A DNA stretch of 64,000 nt, taken from the NCBI GenBank assembly GCA_965204335.1, contig OZ241982.1:2183462-2247461 (forward strand), in the 5' to 3' direction. The translations under genes and the position numbers were made by a program. The notes below the pieces were generated by a model. That model worked only from the letters and a program-made list of their open reading frames with translations, was not told where the DNA came from and ran no database searches. Below are positions 10,287 through 21,226 of the stretch, one piece after another. Within the stretch, counting starts at the first letter, position 1, and each line of letters starts with the position of its first letter. This DNA comes from Dehalococcoidia bacterium. Lineage in GTDB: Bacteria > Chloroflexota > Dehalococcoidia > Bin125.

Positions 10287-12143
10287 TCAGGTGGGCTCGA
10301 TCGCCCGCGTGCGATACAGACGGCTCAGCATTTCGCGAATCTCGTCCAGCGGCATGGCTCCCAGGTCTTCACCGTTGCGAACCCGGACCGCCGCCGACTT
10401 CGCTTCCACTTCGCGGTCGCCAATGACGAGCATGTACGGGATCTTGCGCCGCTGACCGTTGCGAATCTTGGCCTGCATCCGCTCGTTGCCGTCGTCCACG
10501 TCGACTCGCAGGCCGGCTCGTCGCAGGTCGGAGGCGACCTCGTGCGCCCAGTCGAGATGCCGGTCGGCAATCGGAATGCAGCGCGCCTGCGTCGGAGCGA
10601 GCCAGAGCGGGAATGCTCCGGCGTAGTGTTCGATCAGGATGCCGAAGAAGCGCTCGAACGAGCCGTGAATCGCGCGGTGGATTACAACCGGCGTGCGCCG
10701 CTCGCCGTCGTCGGCGACGTACACGCAGCCAAGCCGGGCCGGCTGGATGAAGTCGAGCTGAATGGTCGAGAGCTGCCATTCGCGACCCATCACGTCGGAC
10801 ACGAAGAGGTCGGCCTTCGGCCCGTAGAAGGCGGCCTCGCCTTCCTGCTCCACATAATCGATGCCCGCCTGATCGAGAGCGCTGCGCAGCGCCGAGACCG
10901 CCGTTCGCCAGGCCTCGGGATCGTCGACGTACTTGCCGTCTTCGCCGGGCAGCGACAGCTCGTAGCGGAAGTTCGGCATGCCGTAGGTCCGGAACAGCGT
11001 CTGGACCAACTCGAGCACTCGTGCGACTTCCTCCGAGATCTGCTCGGGCGTGATGAAGATGTGGCAGTCGTCCTGGGTCAATGAACGCACCCGCGTCAAG
11101 CCGGACAACTGGCCCGATTTCTCGTACCGGTAGAGCGTCGTGTACTCGGCATAGCGAAGCGGCAACTCGCGATAGGAATGCAGCGAGTTGTTGTACAGCA
11201 TCATGTGGACCGGACAGTTCATCGGCTTGAGGAAGTATGCGTCGCCTTCGCTGCCGTCCTCAGCGTCGTCGGAGTGTTCATGCATCGCCGGGAACATGAC
11301 GTCGGAATAGTTTTCGAGATGGCCCGAGCGACGGAACAGTTCGCCCCTGGCGAGATGGCCGGTCCAGACCTCCCGGTAGCCGCGTTCGTCCTGTAGTTCG
11401 CGGATCAGGCGCTCCATCTCCTGCCGGATGACCGCTCCGTCGGGCAGCAGCAAGGGCACGCCGGCGCCCACGAGTTCCGAGAAGGCGAACAAATCGAGCT
11501 CGCGTCCCAGCCGGCGATGATCGCGGCGCTGCGCCTCCTCGATCCGCGCGAAGTGCGCGTCGAGCTCTTCCCTCGTCGAGAACAGCGCGCCGTAGACCCG
11601 TTGCAACTGAGGCCGATTCTCATCGCCGCGCCAGTACGCGCCGGCGACATTGGTCAATCGGAACGGTCCGATTTGCTTGGTTGACTCCACGTGCCCGCCG
11701 CGGCAGAGGTCCGTGAAATCGGCGTGGGTGCAGATCCCGAGTTGATCGGACTGCTCAGGATCAGCGGTGAACTGGTCGATCAGCTCCTGCTTGAAGGGCT
11801 GGTCCCGGAACCGCTGCCGCGCTTCATCGACCGGAATCTCTTCCCAGACGAACCTGTGGTTGCGGCGCATCTCCTTGCGCATCCGCTTCTGGATTTCGGA
11901 CAGATCTTCCGGGGTCAGCGCACGCGGCAGGTCGAAGTCGTAATAGAACCCGGTGTCGATCGGCGGCCCGATCCCAACCTTGCCGTCGGGGAACATCTGC
12001 AGGACGACCTGGGCCAGGACGTGCGCGGCCGAGTGCCGCATGCGGTGCAGCCACTCCGCTTCCTCGACCTCATCCCGTGAGGCGACGGCGGCGGCGTCGC
12101 CCCCGTCCAGCGAAAGCTCGGCGTCAAATGGGTCCTCTGCCAT
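10287..12143 (-). CDS. thrS: threonine--tRNA ligase
   Basis: 618 aa; class II core plus anticodon-binding domain (HRMRHSAAHVLAQ..., FYGPKADL, RAIHGSFERF). Confidence 0.95.
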   Translation of the reverse strand: MAEDPFDAELSLDGGDAAAVASRDEVEEAEWLHRMRHSAAHVLAQVVLQMFPDGKVGIGPPIDTGFYYDFDLPRALTPEDLSEIQKRMRKEMRRNHRFVWEEIPVDEARQRFRDQPFKQELIDQFTADPEQSDQLGICTHADFTDLCRGGHVESTKQIGPFRLTNVAGAYWRGDENRPQLQRVYGALFSTREELDAHFARIEEAQRRDHRRLGRELDLFAFSELVGAGVPLLLPDGAVIRQEMERLIRELQDERGYREVWTGHLARGELFRRSGHLENYSDVMFPAMHEHSDDAEDGSEGDAYFLKPMNCPVHMMLYNNSLHSYRELPLRYAEYTTLYRYEKSGQLSGLTRVRSLTQDDCHIFITPEQISEEVARVLELVQTLFRTYGMPNFRYELSLPGEDGKYVDDPEAWRTAVSALRSALDQAGIDYVEQEGEAAFYGPKADLFVSDVMGREWQLSTIQLDFIQPARLGCVYVADDGERRTPVVIHRAIHGSFERFFGILIEHYAGAFPLWLAPTQARCIPIADRHLDWAHEVASDLRRAGLRVDVDDGNERMQAKIRNGQRRKIPYMLVIGDREVEAKSAAVRVRNGEDLGAMPLDEIREMLSRLYRTRAIEPT

Positions 12144-12213
12144 CCGCCTGCCATCAGCGCTGATTCCGCGCCGATCACGAGGTGATCCGGCGCCGAGAAT
12201 CCTGTCGGGGGAG

Positions 12214-12290
12214 TGGTGGGCGATACTGGACTTGAACCAGTGACCTCTGCGATGTCAACGCAGCGCTCTAGCCAACTGAGCTAACCGCCC
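12214..12290 (-). tRNA. tRNA-Val (anticodon GAC)
   Basis: Reverse complement GGGCGGTTAGCTCAGTTGGCTAGAGCGCTGCGTTGACATCGCAGAGGTCACTGGTTCAAGTCCAGTATCGCCCACCA folds as a cloverleaf; anticodon loop TTGACAT; CCA is encoded; lies directly upstream of thrS on the same strand. Confidence 0.85.
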
Positions 12291-12335
12291 GCACCTGTGC
12301 GGTGTCGATTCATCGTATGCCTCGCCCGTCGGCTT

Positions 12336-12440
12336 GGTCAACGAACCGGGCGTCCGAGGCCGGCCCGCACCGTTCGATCGACAGCCACTACAATCAGTGT
12401 CAACTCGTTGACGTCCCGCCGCTCGTTGGCTAGCTTGCAG
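12336..12440. promoter_or_regulatory. candidate divergent promoters for the tRNA-Val/thrS (-) and tRNA-Lys/Leu (+) transcripts
   Basis: Plus strand: TTGACG 12407..12412, a 17-nt spacer, then TAGCTT; minus strand: TTGACC (complement of 12336..12341), a 17-nt spacer, then ATACGA about 18 nt before the tRNA-Val 5' end; the -10 matches are weak. Confidence 0.25.
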
Positions 12441-12598
12441 GCCAAGCCGAGATTGGGACGGCTACGAACAACCGAACAACGAGCGGGTTTGGGGAAGCAA
12501 CGTTGAGCCAGCCAGCCACCCGGCGTGGGAGTCGCGCAGTCGGTGTAAGATTGGGAGACGCCCCGGCGCAGCCGGCGCCGGTGGCGATCCACGCGCGG

Positions 12599-12674
<76 letters not shown>

Positions 12675-12760
12675 GCTATCCCAACGAAATGAGCAGTTTG
12701 TCAGCCCCTTCGCACCTCTCGCCTGAGCACGCCGGCTCGCCGGCTCGTCGCAGGCATGCA

Positions 12761-12845
12761 GGGGAAGTGTCGGAATTGGCAGACGAGCATGATTTAGGAT
12801 CATGTGCCGCAAGGCGTAGGAGTTCGAGTCTCCTCTTCCCCACCA
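12761..12845 (+). tRNA. tRNA-Leu (anticodon TAG)
   Basis: 85 nt with a long variable arm; GGGGAAG/CTTCCCC acceptor stem; anticodon stem CATGA/TCATG with loop TTTAGGA; AGGAG-TTCGAGT-CTCCT T-arm; encoded CCA. Confidence 0.85.
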
Positions 12846-12920
12846 ACGCTCGCCCGGCCGGGAATCGGTCGGTCGTGTTGCGAACTTTGGAGCCACAGGC
12901 GTCGCTAAAGGAGTGCTCTT

Positions 12921-13959
<1,039 letters not shown>

Positions 13960-13967
<8 letters not shown>

Positions 13968-15180
13968 GAACGAACAACCCGACGTCGTCGAGGAGGAGCA
14001 GCAGTCGCAAGATGAGGCTGCCGCCGGCACGATGACGCCCGAACAGATGCGCGCCGCTGCGGCCGCGTCCGTCGGTCAGGCTGCCGCGGCCGTCGCCGAC
14101 TACCAGGGCGGCGGACGTACCGAGCCGCACGACAACACATTGCTCGAGGTCTCCGACCTGAAGATGTACTTCCCGGTCACCGCCGGCCTGCTGCTCAAGC
14201 GCAAGGTCGCGGACATCAAGGCCGTGGACGGCATCTCCTTTGCCGTCCGCGAAGGCGAGACGCTCGGGCTTGTGGGCGAATCCGGCTGCGGCAAGTCCAC
14301 GACCGGCCGGGCGATCCTGCAGCTCTATCGGCCCACCGCCGGTCAGGTGTTCATGTCCGAGCCGCAGTACACCTCGCACATCGGCGCCGATGAAAACGGC
14401 GTTGAGGAGGCGACCACTCCCGCCCTTGGTGATGGCGGCCCGGTTGACCTCACGACGCTTGCCGGCCGAAACCTGCGCGCTTATCGGCGTCAGATGCAGA
14501 TGATCTTCCAGGACCCCTATGCGTCCTTGAATCCGCGCATGAGCGTTGGCAGCATCGTCTCCGAGCCGATGGTGATCCACGGCCTGCAGAGGGGTCGGCG
14601 CAAGGAGCGGGTACGAGAGCTACTCGAGACGGTCGGTCTCAACCCCTACTTCGCCAGCCGCTACCCGCACGAGTTCTCGGGCGGACAGCGCCAGCGCATC
14701 GGCATCGCCCGCGCCCTCGCGGTCGAGCCGGCGTTCATCGTCTGCGACGAACCCGTCTCGGCGCTTGACGTGTCGATTCAGGCGCAGATCATCAACCTGC
14801 TCGAGGACCTGCAGTCCGACTTCGGTCTGACCTACCTGTTCATCGCCCACGACCTCTCGGTGGTGCGCCACATCTCGCACCGCATCGCGGTGATGTACCT
14901 GGGCAAGATCGTCGAACTGGCGCAGTCGGACCGCCTCTACGAGAATCCGCTGCATCCGTACACGCAGGCGCTGATCTCCGCTGTTCCGATTCCCGACCCG
15001 GCGTTGGAGCGGCGACGTGAGCGCCTGATCCTGACCGGCGACGTGCCCAACCCAATCGCGCCGCCGCCGGGCTGCAACTTCCATACGCGCTGTCCGATCG
15101 CGATCGACATCTGCCGCGAGGAAGACCCCGAGTGGCGAGAGATCGTCGAGGACCACTTCGTCCGCTGTCATCGCGTCTAG
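13960..15180 (+). CDS. oligopeptide/dipeptide ABC transporter ATP-binding protein (OppF/DppF type) with a ~65-aa acidic/Ala-rich N-terminal extension
   Basis: [36 protein letters not shown]; its start overlaps the previous gene by 8 nt. Confidence 0.85.
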
Positions 15181-15208
15181 GCGCCGATCTCGGCATCAAC
15201 AACCAGAA

Positions 15209-15230
15209 CGGGGCCGTACGGCCCCGTTTT
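15209..15230 (+). terminator. rho-independent terminator after the ABC ATPase pair
   Basis: CGGGGCCG-TAC-GGCCCCG hairpin followed by TTTT. Confidence 0.7.
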
Positions 15231-15280
15231 GCGTATCCCTGACGCGGCGACCGGCCGGCCGACTGATACGATCTGGCGAG

Positions 15281-17131
15281 ATGGACCCTTCGCGCATCCG
15301 CAATTTCTGCATCGTCGCCCACATCGATCATGGCAAGTCGACGCTGTCCGACCGCCTGATGGAGGCGACCGCCACGGTCGATCGGCGAGACATGTCCGAT
15401 CAACTGCTCGATTCCATGGACCTGGAGCGGGAGAAGGGCATCACGATCAAGGCTCGTGCGGTGCGGATGGACTACGAGTCGCCGACCGGCGGCTCGCATC
15501 GACTGCATCTGATTGACACTCCCGGCCACGTTGATTTCTCCTACGAGGTGTCGCGCAGCCTCGCGGCCGCCGAAGGAGCCCTGCTGGTCGTCGACGCCGT
15601 CGAGGGCATCCAGGCGCAGACCCTGGCCAACGTCTATCTCGCGATGGAACAGGACCTGACCCTGATCCCCGTGATCAACAAGATCGACCTCGATGTCGCG
15701 CGGCCTGAGGCGATCACCTCCGAACTGGTCGACATCATCGGCTTCAGCCGCGACGAGATCCTGTACGTCTCGGCCAAGACCGGAGCCGGGATCGCCGAGT
15801 TGCTGGAAGCGATCGTCGAGCGGATTCCGGCTCCGGCCGGCGACTCAACCGACCCGCTCCGGGCGCTGATCTTCGACTCCGAGTACGACCCCTACAAGGG
15901 AGTCATCGCGCACGTGCGCGTGGTCGACGGCGACGCCAGGGGCCAGGCTCCGCTCAGGCTGTCCGCAACCAACCGTCGCTTCGAAGCGATGGAGGTCGGC
16001 AGCTTCTCTCCCGATCTGCGACGGCAGGAATCGCTGTCGGCGGGTGATGTCGGCTACGTCGCCACCGGGCTCAAGGATGTCGCCGACGTCCGCGTCGGCG
16101 ACACGATGACGATCGGCGGGCGCAACCAACCCGATCCACTGCCGGGATACCGCGAACCCAAGGCGATGGTCTTCGCCGGTCTCTATCCCGCCAACTCAGC
16201 CGACTACCAGGAACTCTCCGATGCCCTGGACAAGCTGAGACTGTCCGACAGCTCCATTCAGTACCAGCCCGAATCCTCGGCCGCCCTCGGCTTCGGCTAT
16301 CGAATGGGGTTCCTGGGCCTGTTGCACATGGAGATCGTGCAGGAACGGCTCGAGCGCGAGTACGGCCTGGAGCTGGTCTTCACGGCGCCGTCGGTCGAGT
16401 ACGAAGTCGAGGGCGTCGAAGGCCAGGTCAGGCTGATCGAGAATCCGTCCGATCTGCCGGCGCCCAATCACGTGGCTGAAATCCGCGAGCCGTGGGTGCG
16501 AATCTCGATCATCGCGCCGCACGAATACGTGGGTCCGGTCATGGAGACCGTCACCGCTCGACGCGGAGTCTTCGACCACATGGAGTATCTCCAACGGACG
16601 AGTCAGCCGAACGGCTCCGATGAACACGCTCCCGCGACCGGCGAGATTCGCGTGCTGCTCGAGTACGAGTTGCCGCTCTCCGAGATCCTGACCGACTTCT
16701 ACGACGAGCTGAAGTCGAGAACCAGGGGCTACGCGAGTCTCGATTACTCGCTGATCGGTTACCGACCGGCGAAGCTGGTCAAGCTCGACCTGTTGATCAA
16801 CGGCGAGCCGGTTGATGCGCTGTCGGCGATCGTGCATTCCGATGCCGCCGCGACGCAGGGACGCGAACTCGCCGACCGGCTTCGCCGGCTGATTCCGCGA
16901 CAACTGTTTGATGTGCCGATCCAGGCGGCGGTCGGGGGCCGGGTCGTCGCCCGCGAGACCGTGCGCGCCATGCGCAAGAACGTGACCGCCAAGTGTTACG
17001 GCGGAGACATCACGCGCAAGCGCAAACTGCTCGCGCGCCAGGCCGAGGGCAAGAAACGGCTCAAGCGCGTCGGCAACGTCGAGATTCCCCAGGAAGCGTT
17101 CCTGGCCGTGCTGCAACTGGGGAAGAACTAG
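15281..17131 (+). CDS. lepA: elongation factor 4 (LepA)
   Basis: IRNFCIVAHIDHGKSTLSDRL... GTPase motifs plus the LepA C-terminal domain. Confidence 0.95.
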   Translation: MDPSRIRNFCIVAHIDHGKSTLSDRLMEATATVDRRDMSDQLLDSMDLEREKGITIKARAVRMDYESPTGGSHRLHLIDTPGHVDFSYEVSRSLAAAEGALLVVDAVEGIQAQTLANVYLAMEQDLTLIPVINKIDLDVARPEAITSELVDIIGFSRDEILYVSAKTGAGIAELLEAIVERIPAPAGDSTDPLRALIFDSEYDPYKGVIAHVRVVDGDARGQAPLRLSATNRRFEAMEVGSFSPDLRRQESLSAGDVGYVATGLKDVADVRVGDTMTIGGRNQPDPLPGYREPKAMVFAGLYPANSADYQELSDALDKLRLSDSSIQYQPESSAALGFGYRMGFLGLLHMEIVQERLEREYGLELVFTAPSVEYEVEGVEGQVRLIENPSDLPAPNHVAEIREPWVRISIIAPHEYVGPVMETVTARRGVFDHMEYLQRTSQPNGSDEHAPATGEIRVLLEYELPLSEILTDFYDELKSRTRGYASLDYSLIGYRPAKLVKLDLLINGEPVDALSAIVHSDAAATQGRELADRLRRLIPRQLFDVPIQAAVGGRVVARETVRAMRKNVTAKCYGGDITRKRKLLARQAEGKKRLKRVGNVEIPQEAFLAVLQLGKN

Positions 17132-17137
17132 CGCGAA

Positions 17138-18568
17138 TCAGGACGCTTCGGCCGGTGCGGCCACGGCTCCGTTGCCGGCCGCGACGCTGGACGATTCCAC
17201 CTCTTCGTCTTCCTCCGGCTCTTCCTCCAGCGAGACCTCAAGCACTCCGGCCGTTTCTGCGATTGAGCGCCGGATCTCCTCCAGAATCTCAGGTTCTTCG
17301 ACGGCCTCGCCGGCGAACGTCACGAGTTCGTAGAGCGCCTCGACCGGAATCAGCGCATACCCGTAGGTCTCGCATGCCTCGACCAGCGCTTTCGGGAACG
17401 GCTCCCGACGAATCCGGGGGTCCGTCTGGCGATGGCCATTGGCGACGATGATTCCCTTGGGCCGGGCTCTGCGCCGCAGATAGTACTCCTCGACCCGTTG
17501 CTGCAGCGTCAGGTAGAGGCGGTCGCTGACCGCGTTGGCCGCCGAGACCAGCTCGAGCAACGCGGTCTCCGCGCCATCCCGGATTTCCGTGCTGCCCTCC
17601 GCGCCGGCGACCGAGTAGCCGAGCACGCGAAAGGCGTCATGCACGGTTTCCCGGAACGACGCGTTGTCGCTTTGCCAGAGCATCCCCTCAAAGCGAGTCG
17701 AATCGGCGACCAGGGTCTGCGCTTCCTTGACCCGGCGTTCTGACTGTTTTAGTTCCGCCTCAGCCTCCGCCAGTTCATCTCGCGCGGCCGAGGCTTCCGG
17801 ACTGTCATAGCGGCGCACCCAGACGGGAGCAGCGGCGAGATCAGGTTCCTCGACGAGTCGCTCGATCATCTCCAGCAGGGACGCGCTGAACGCCTTGCGC
17901 TGCGCGGTCGCCAGGTTGTCGGTCGGCGGCAACGCCACGATCCGACCGGGGCCGACGCGGAACTCCGCCGCCACGGCGGCACCGCCGATCGAGCGGCCGA
18001 CGACCTCGCCCTTGCTGGACGCCGGCAGGTCGAACATGGCGCGGTAGCGAATCCGGTTGGAGAGATCCGCCAGGAATCCGCTGGCGGGATGCCGGGGCGC
18101 AGTGACCTGCACGTCCTTGCCGTCGCCCGGACGCAGCGTCGGCCACGTGAACGGATCGCCGTCCGGGCTGGGAATCAGCGAGTAGCGGTTCAATCCGGGG
18201 AACGAAGCGACGCCGGGGTGCCGCACGTTCGGATAGACGAAGAGTACGAGGATGCCGCCGTTGTCGAGGAGTTGGCGAAACTCAAACTGTCGCAACTCGA
18301 GCAGTTCTGCCAGGCCGAAGTGAAACGCTCCCGACTCGCCCGCGCTGACGGCTCGACCGTCGGGCGCCCTGGCGTTGAGCGTGCTCGCCGCGATGCCCTC
18401 GATCTGCTCAGACACGGCCTGCATGTCGATAATGCACGCGTCGTAGTCGAACAGAGAGGGGGCGTTGGCAATGGAATGGTTGTCAACGTTGGGACTGGGC
18501 ACGGGACAGCCGAGAGAGATGATTCGCACTGGCTGCCCTTTCGAGAACCGGTCGGCCCGGCGGCCCAT
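17138..18568 (-). CDS. uncharacterised protein (~476 aa) with a central coiled-coil/acidic segment
   Basis: Long coding-like ORF; the likely start is ATG 18568 (MGRRADRFSKGQPVRIISLGCPV...), and upstream of it the ORF-track extension is low-complexity; no recognisable catalytic motifs; the C-terminus is acidic (EEEPEEDEEVE). Confidence 0.55.
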   Translation of the reverse strand: MGRRADRFSKGQPVRIISLGCPVPSPNVDNHSIANAPSLFDYDACIIDMQAVSEQIEGIAASTLNARAPDGRAVSAGESGAFHFGLAELLELRQFEFRQLLDNGGILVLFVYPNVRHPGVASFPGLNRYSLIPSPDGDPFTWPTLRPGDGKDVQVTAPRHPASGFLADLSNRIRYRAMFDLPASSKGEVVGRSIGGAAVAAEFRVGPGRIVALPPTDNLATAQRKAFSASLLEMIERLVEEPDLAAAPVWVRRYDSPEASAARDELAEAEAELKQSERRVKEAQTLVADSTRFEGMLWQSDNASFRETVHDAFRVLGYSVAGAEGSTEIRDGAETALLELVSAANAVSDRLYLTLQQRVEEYYLRRRARPKGIIVANGHRQTDPRIRREPFPKALVEACETYGYALIPVEALYELVTFAGEAVEEPEILEEIRRSIAETAGVLEVSLEEEPEEDEEVESSSVAAGNGAVAAPAEAS

Positions 18569-18948
18569 GATCCGGTCTGCTCCACTGAGTTTACTCTGAC
18601 AGGAGTTCGCCGCCGCTGGTGATAGAATTATGGTCGGTCGTGCTAGATGGGGAGCTAGCGGTGCCCTGTACCCGCAATCCGCTCTAGCGGGGTTGAACTC
18701 CTGAGTTGAGGGCGGCGACATGAGAACTACCGACGCCAAGCAGTGATGAAGTCTGGGTCCCGCGCGGCGGCCCGCCGTGAACCCCGTCAGGTCCGAGAGG
18801 AAGCAGCGGTAAGCGGTTGACAGGTCGGGTGACGCGGGAGTGCCTGGACGGAGCCGGCTAGCGGAGGCAAGCTCATGGTGGCGTTCGAAGCCAGGTGCAC
18901 GACCACACCTTCTTCCTCACGTCTCCCGTGCACCACTCGAGGCGCAAC

Positions 18949-19791
18949 ATGAGCGGACGCCGACGGCGAGCCCGCCTGGGTCAACACTTCCTCCGCGACG
19001 AGCGCGTGCTCGACCGAATCGTCGAAGCACTGCCCGAGCGGCCGGAGCCTCTGCTGGAGATCGGCGCGGGCGATGGCGTCCTGACCGAGCGCCTGGCGCA
19101 TCTGGGGCGCCCGCTGGCCGCCGTCGAGCTGGACGAGAGCATGGCCTTCCGCGCGAGGCGTCGGCTGACAACCGGCGCGTCCGACGCCCGAGCCGTCGTG
19201 ATCGAGCAGGACGTGCTCGAGGTCGATTCCGCTGAAGCGCTCGCCACAGTCGCGGCAAGACCGCCGTACGGCGTGGTCGGCAATCTCCCGTACGCGATCA
19301 CCGCGCCGATCTTCCGCAAGTTCCTTGAAGCGGAGTCTCAGCGTCCGGAATGGATGCTGGTGATGATCCAGCACGAAGTGGCCCAACGCGTCACCGCGCG
19401 CCCGGGCCGCCTCTCGCTGATGGGCGTCTCCGTCCAGTTCTACGCCGAGGCCGAGTTGCTGTTTCCCGTCGAGCGGGAGTCGTTCGATCCGCCGCCGCAG
19501 GTGCGCTCCGCCGTGGTGCTGCTGCGCCTGCGCGATGAGCCGGCGGTCCGCGTGCCGAGCGCCGAGCGGTTCTTCGAAGTCGTTCGGGGCGGATTTCGCA
19601 GCCCGAGGAAGCAGCTACATAACGCCCTCTCGCAGGGTGTCTGGTTGCCGCCGGGCGGCGCGATCGAATGGCTCGCGGCGTGCGAAATCGATCCCTCGCG
19701 CCGCCCGGGAACGCTGACGCTGGACGAGTGGGCGAAGCTCGCCTGGTGGCGTGAGGACCACCTCGCGACGTACGCCGAGCGGCGGCCATGA
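18949..19791 (+). CDS. rsmA: 16S rRNA (adenine1518/1519-N6)-dimethyltransferase
   Basis: LGQHFL...LLEIGAGDGVLTERL... KsgA motifs; the ATG at 18949 lies downstream of the track ORF start. Confidence 0.9.
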   Translation: MSGRRRRARLGQHFLRDERVLDRIVEALPERPEPLLEIGAGDGVLTERLAHLGRPLAAVELDESMAFRARRRLTTGASDARAVVIEQDVLEVDSAEALATVAARPPYGVVGNLPYAITAPIFRKFLEAESQRPEWMLVMIQHEVAQRVTARPGRLSLMGVSVQFYAEAELLFPVERESFDPPPQVRSAVVLLRLRDEPAVRVPSAERFFEVVRGGFRSPRKQLHNALSQGVWLPPGGAIEWLAACEIDPSRRPGTLTLDEWAKLAWWREDHLATYAERRP

Positions 19792-20729
19792 CCACCTGGA
19801 TCACCAAGGGGGCCGCCAAGCTCAACCTGACGCTCGAAGTCATCGGTAAACGCGAGGACGGCTTCCACGATCTGGCCTCGATCGCGGTCGCACTGGACCT
19901 GGCCGACGAGATTCGTTTCACGCCGACGCGGTCGGGCAGGACCATCTCCTACCGGTCGCAGAGCGGACGCGCGGTATCAATCGAGACCGACGACGACATC
20001 GTCGTTCGCGCCTGGGACGCGCTCGATCGCCATGTCGGGCTGCCATCCGGAGCCTCGATTGAGGTCGTGAAACGCATACCGGTCACCGGCGGTCTCGGCG
20101 GCGGATCGACGGATGCCGCGGCCGTGCTGCGACTCGCGCGCCGCGCCTGGGATTTGCCGTTGAGCGATGAAGAACTCTGTCGGATTGGAGTACAGGTCGG
20201 CTCCGACGTCCCGGCCTGCATCATCGGAGGAACCGTTCGCATGTCGGGTCGCGGAGAGGGCGTCGAAGCGCTCTCGATCCACGCGGCCGCGCTCGAAGGC
20301 TGGTCCGTGCTCTTGCACCGACCGGAGATCCCGGTCCCGGCCGCCAAGACCGCGACGATGTACCGCTCGTTGCGCTCGTCGGACTTTCGCAGTGGGCAGG
20401 CGACCGATGCACTGGCCGGCGCACTCGCCGCCGGCCGACCACCAACGCAGGACCACTGCGTCAACTCGTTCGACCGCTCTGCTCGCGAGGTGATGCAAGG
20501 ACTGACCAACGCCTGGCGCAAAATGGGCGCGGCGATAACGCGAGCGGCCGTCGAGGACGGCGACCAGCCGGTCGTCCCGCTGCTGGCCGGAGCGGGGCCG
20601 ACGCTCTTTGCGCTGCTGCCGACGGAAACGGCGACGCGAGCCGCGAACAGATTGCAGCGCTCCAATGGATTTAGCGTCGCGACCAGGCCCGTGAGCCGTT
20701 CTGAGGCGACCGAAATCTGGACGGTTTGA
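19788..20729 (+). CDS. ispE: 4-diphosphocytidyl-2-C-methyl-D-erythritol kinase
   Basis: GHMP kinase motif PVTGGLGGGSTDAAAVL; ATGA overlap with rsmA. Confidence 0.9.
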   Translation: MTTWITKGAAKLNLTLEVIGKREDGFHDLASIAVALDLADEIRFTPTRSGRTISYRSQSGRAVSIETDDDIVVRAWDALDRHVGLPSGASIEVVKRIPVTGGLGGGSTDAAAVLRLARRAWDLPLSDEELCRIGVQVGSDVPACIIGGTVRMSGRGEGVEALSIHAAALEGWSVLLHRPEIPVPAAKTATMYRSLRSSDFRSGQATDALAGALAAGRPPTQDHCVNSFDRSAREVMQGLTNAWRKMGAAITRAAVEDGDQPVVPLLAGAGPTLFALLPTETATRAANRLQRSNGFSVATRPVSRSEATEIWTV

Positions 20730-20731
20730 TC

Positions 20732-21151
20732 ATGGAAGCCGTGGCGGCCCTGTTCTCCGGATTCGTTGCCGGCGCGGCCGTCGGCGTGCTGGGACTGGGG
20801 ATCTTCGGGCCGCTGCTGGTCAACGTGCCGACGACGAACTGGCTGCGCCGACAGTTTCCCGATCCCTCGAACTGGGTCATGGTCAGCCTGGGCGCCGCCC
20901 TGGTGGCGCAGGCCGGTTGCGCCGTGCTCGGACTGCTGCTGGGCGTTGTCTTCCTCAATGTGGCCGACGGTGGATCGTTCGGACTGGGCAGTCCGTCTTG
21001 GCAGTTCACGGCGGGGGTGATCGCGTGTGTCGGGCTGCTCAATGTTGGCGCGATCGTCTGGCAGCGATGGCTCTGGCGTCGATTCACATTGAGCGCGTTA
21101 CTGGCCGTGGGCTGCTACGGATGGATGCTGCCTCACCTGGCCTCCTCGTAG
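20732..21151 (+). CDS. small integral membrane protein (4 predicted TM segments)
   Basis: Hydrophobic helices (AALFSGFVAGAAVGVLGLGIFG..., LGAALVAQAGCAVLGLLLGVVFL...); its start abuts the ispE stop. Confidence 0.5.
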   Translation: MEAVAALFSGFVAGAAVGVLGLGIFGPLLVNVPTTNWLRRQFPDPSNWVMVSLGAALVAQAGCAVLGLLLGVVFLNVADGGSFGLGSPSWQFTAGVIACVGLLNVGAIVWQRWLWRRFTLSALLAVGCYGWMLPHLASS

Positions 21152-21226
21152 CCGGTCGGGAGTTCCGGAGATCGGTGCGTATACTCAGTTGAGCAAACCC
21201 ACTTCGCCCTTGGACCTGGAGAACCT

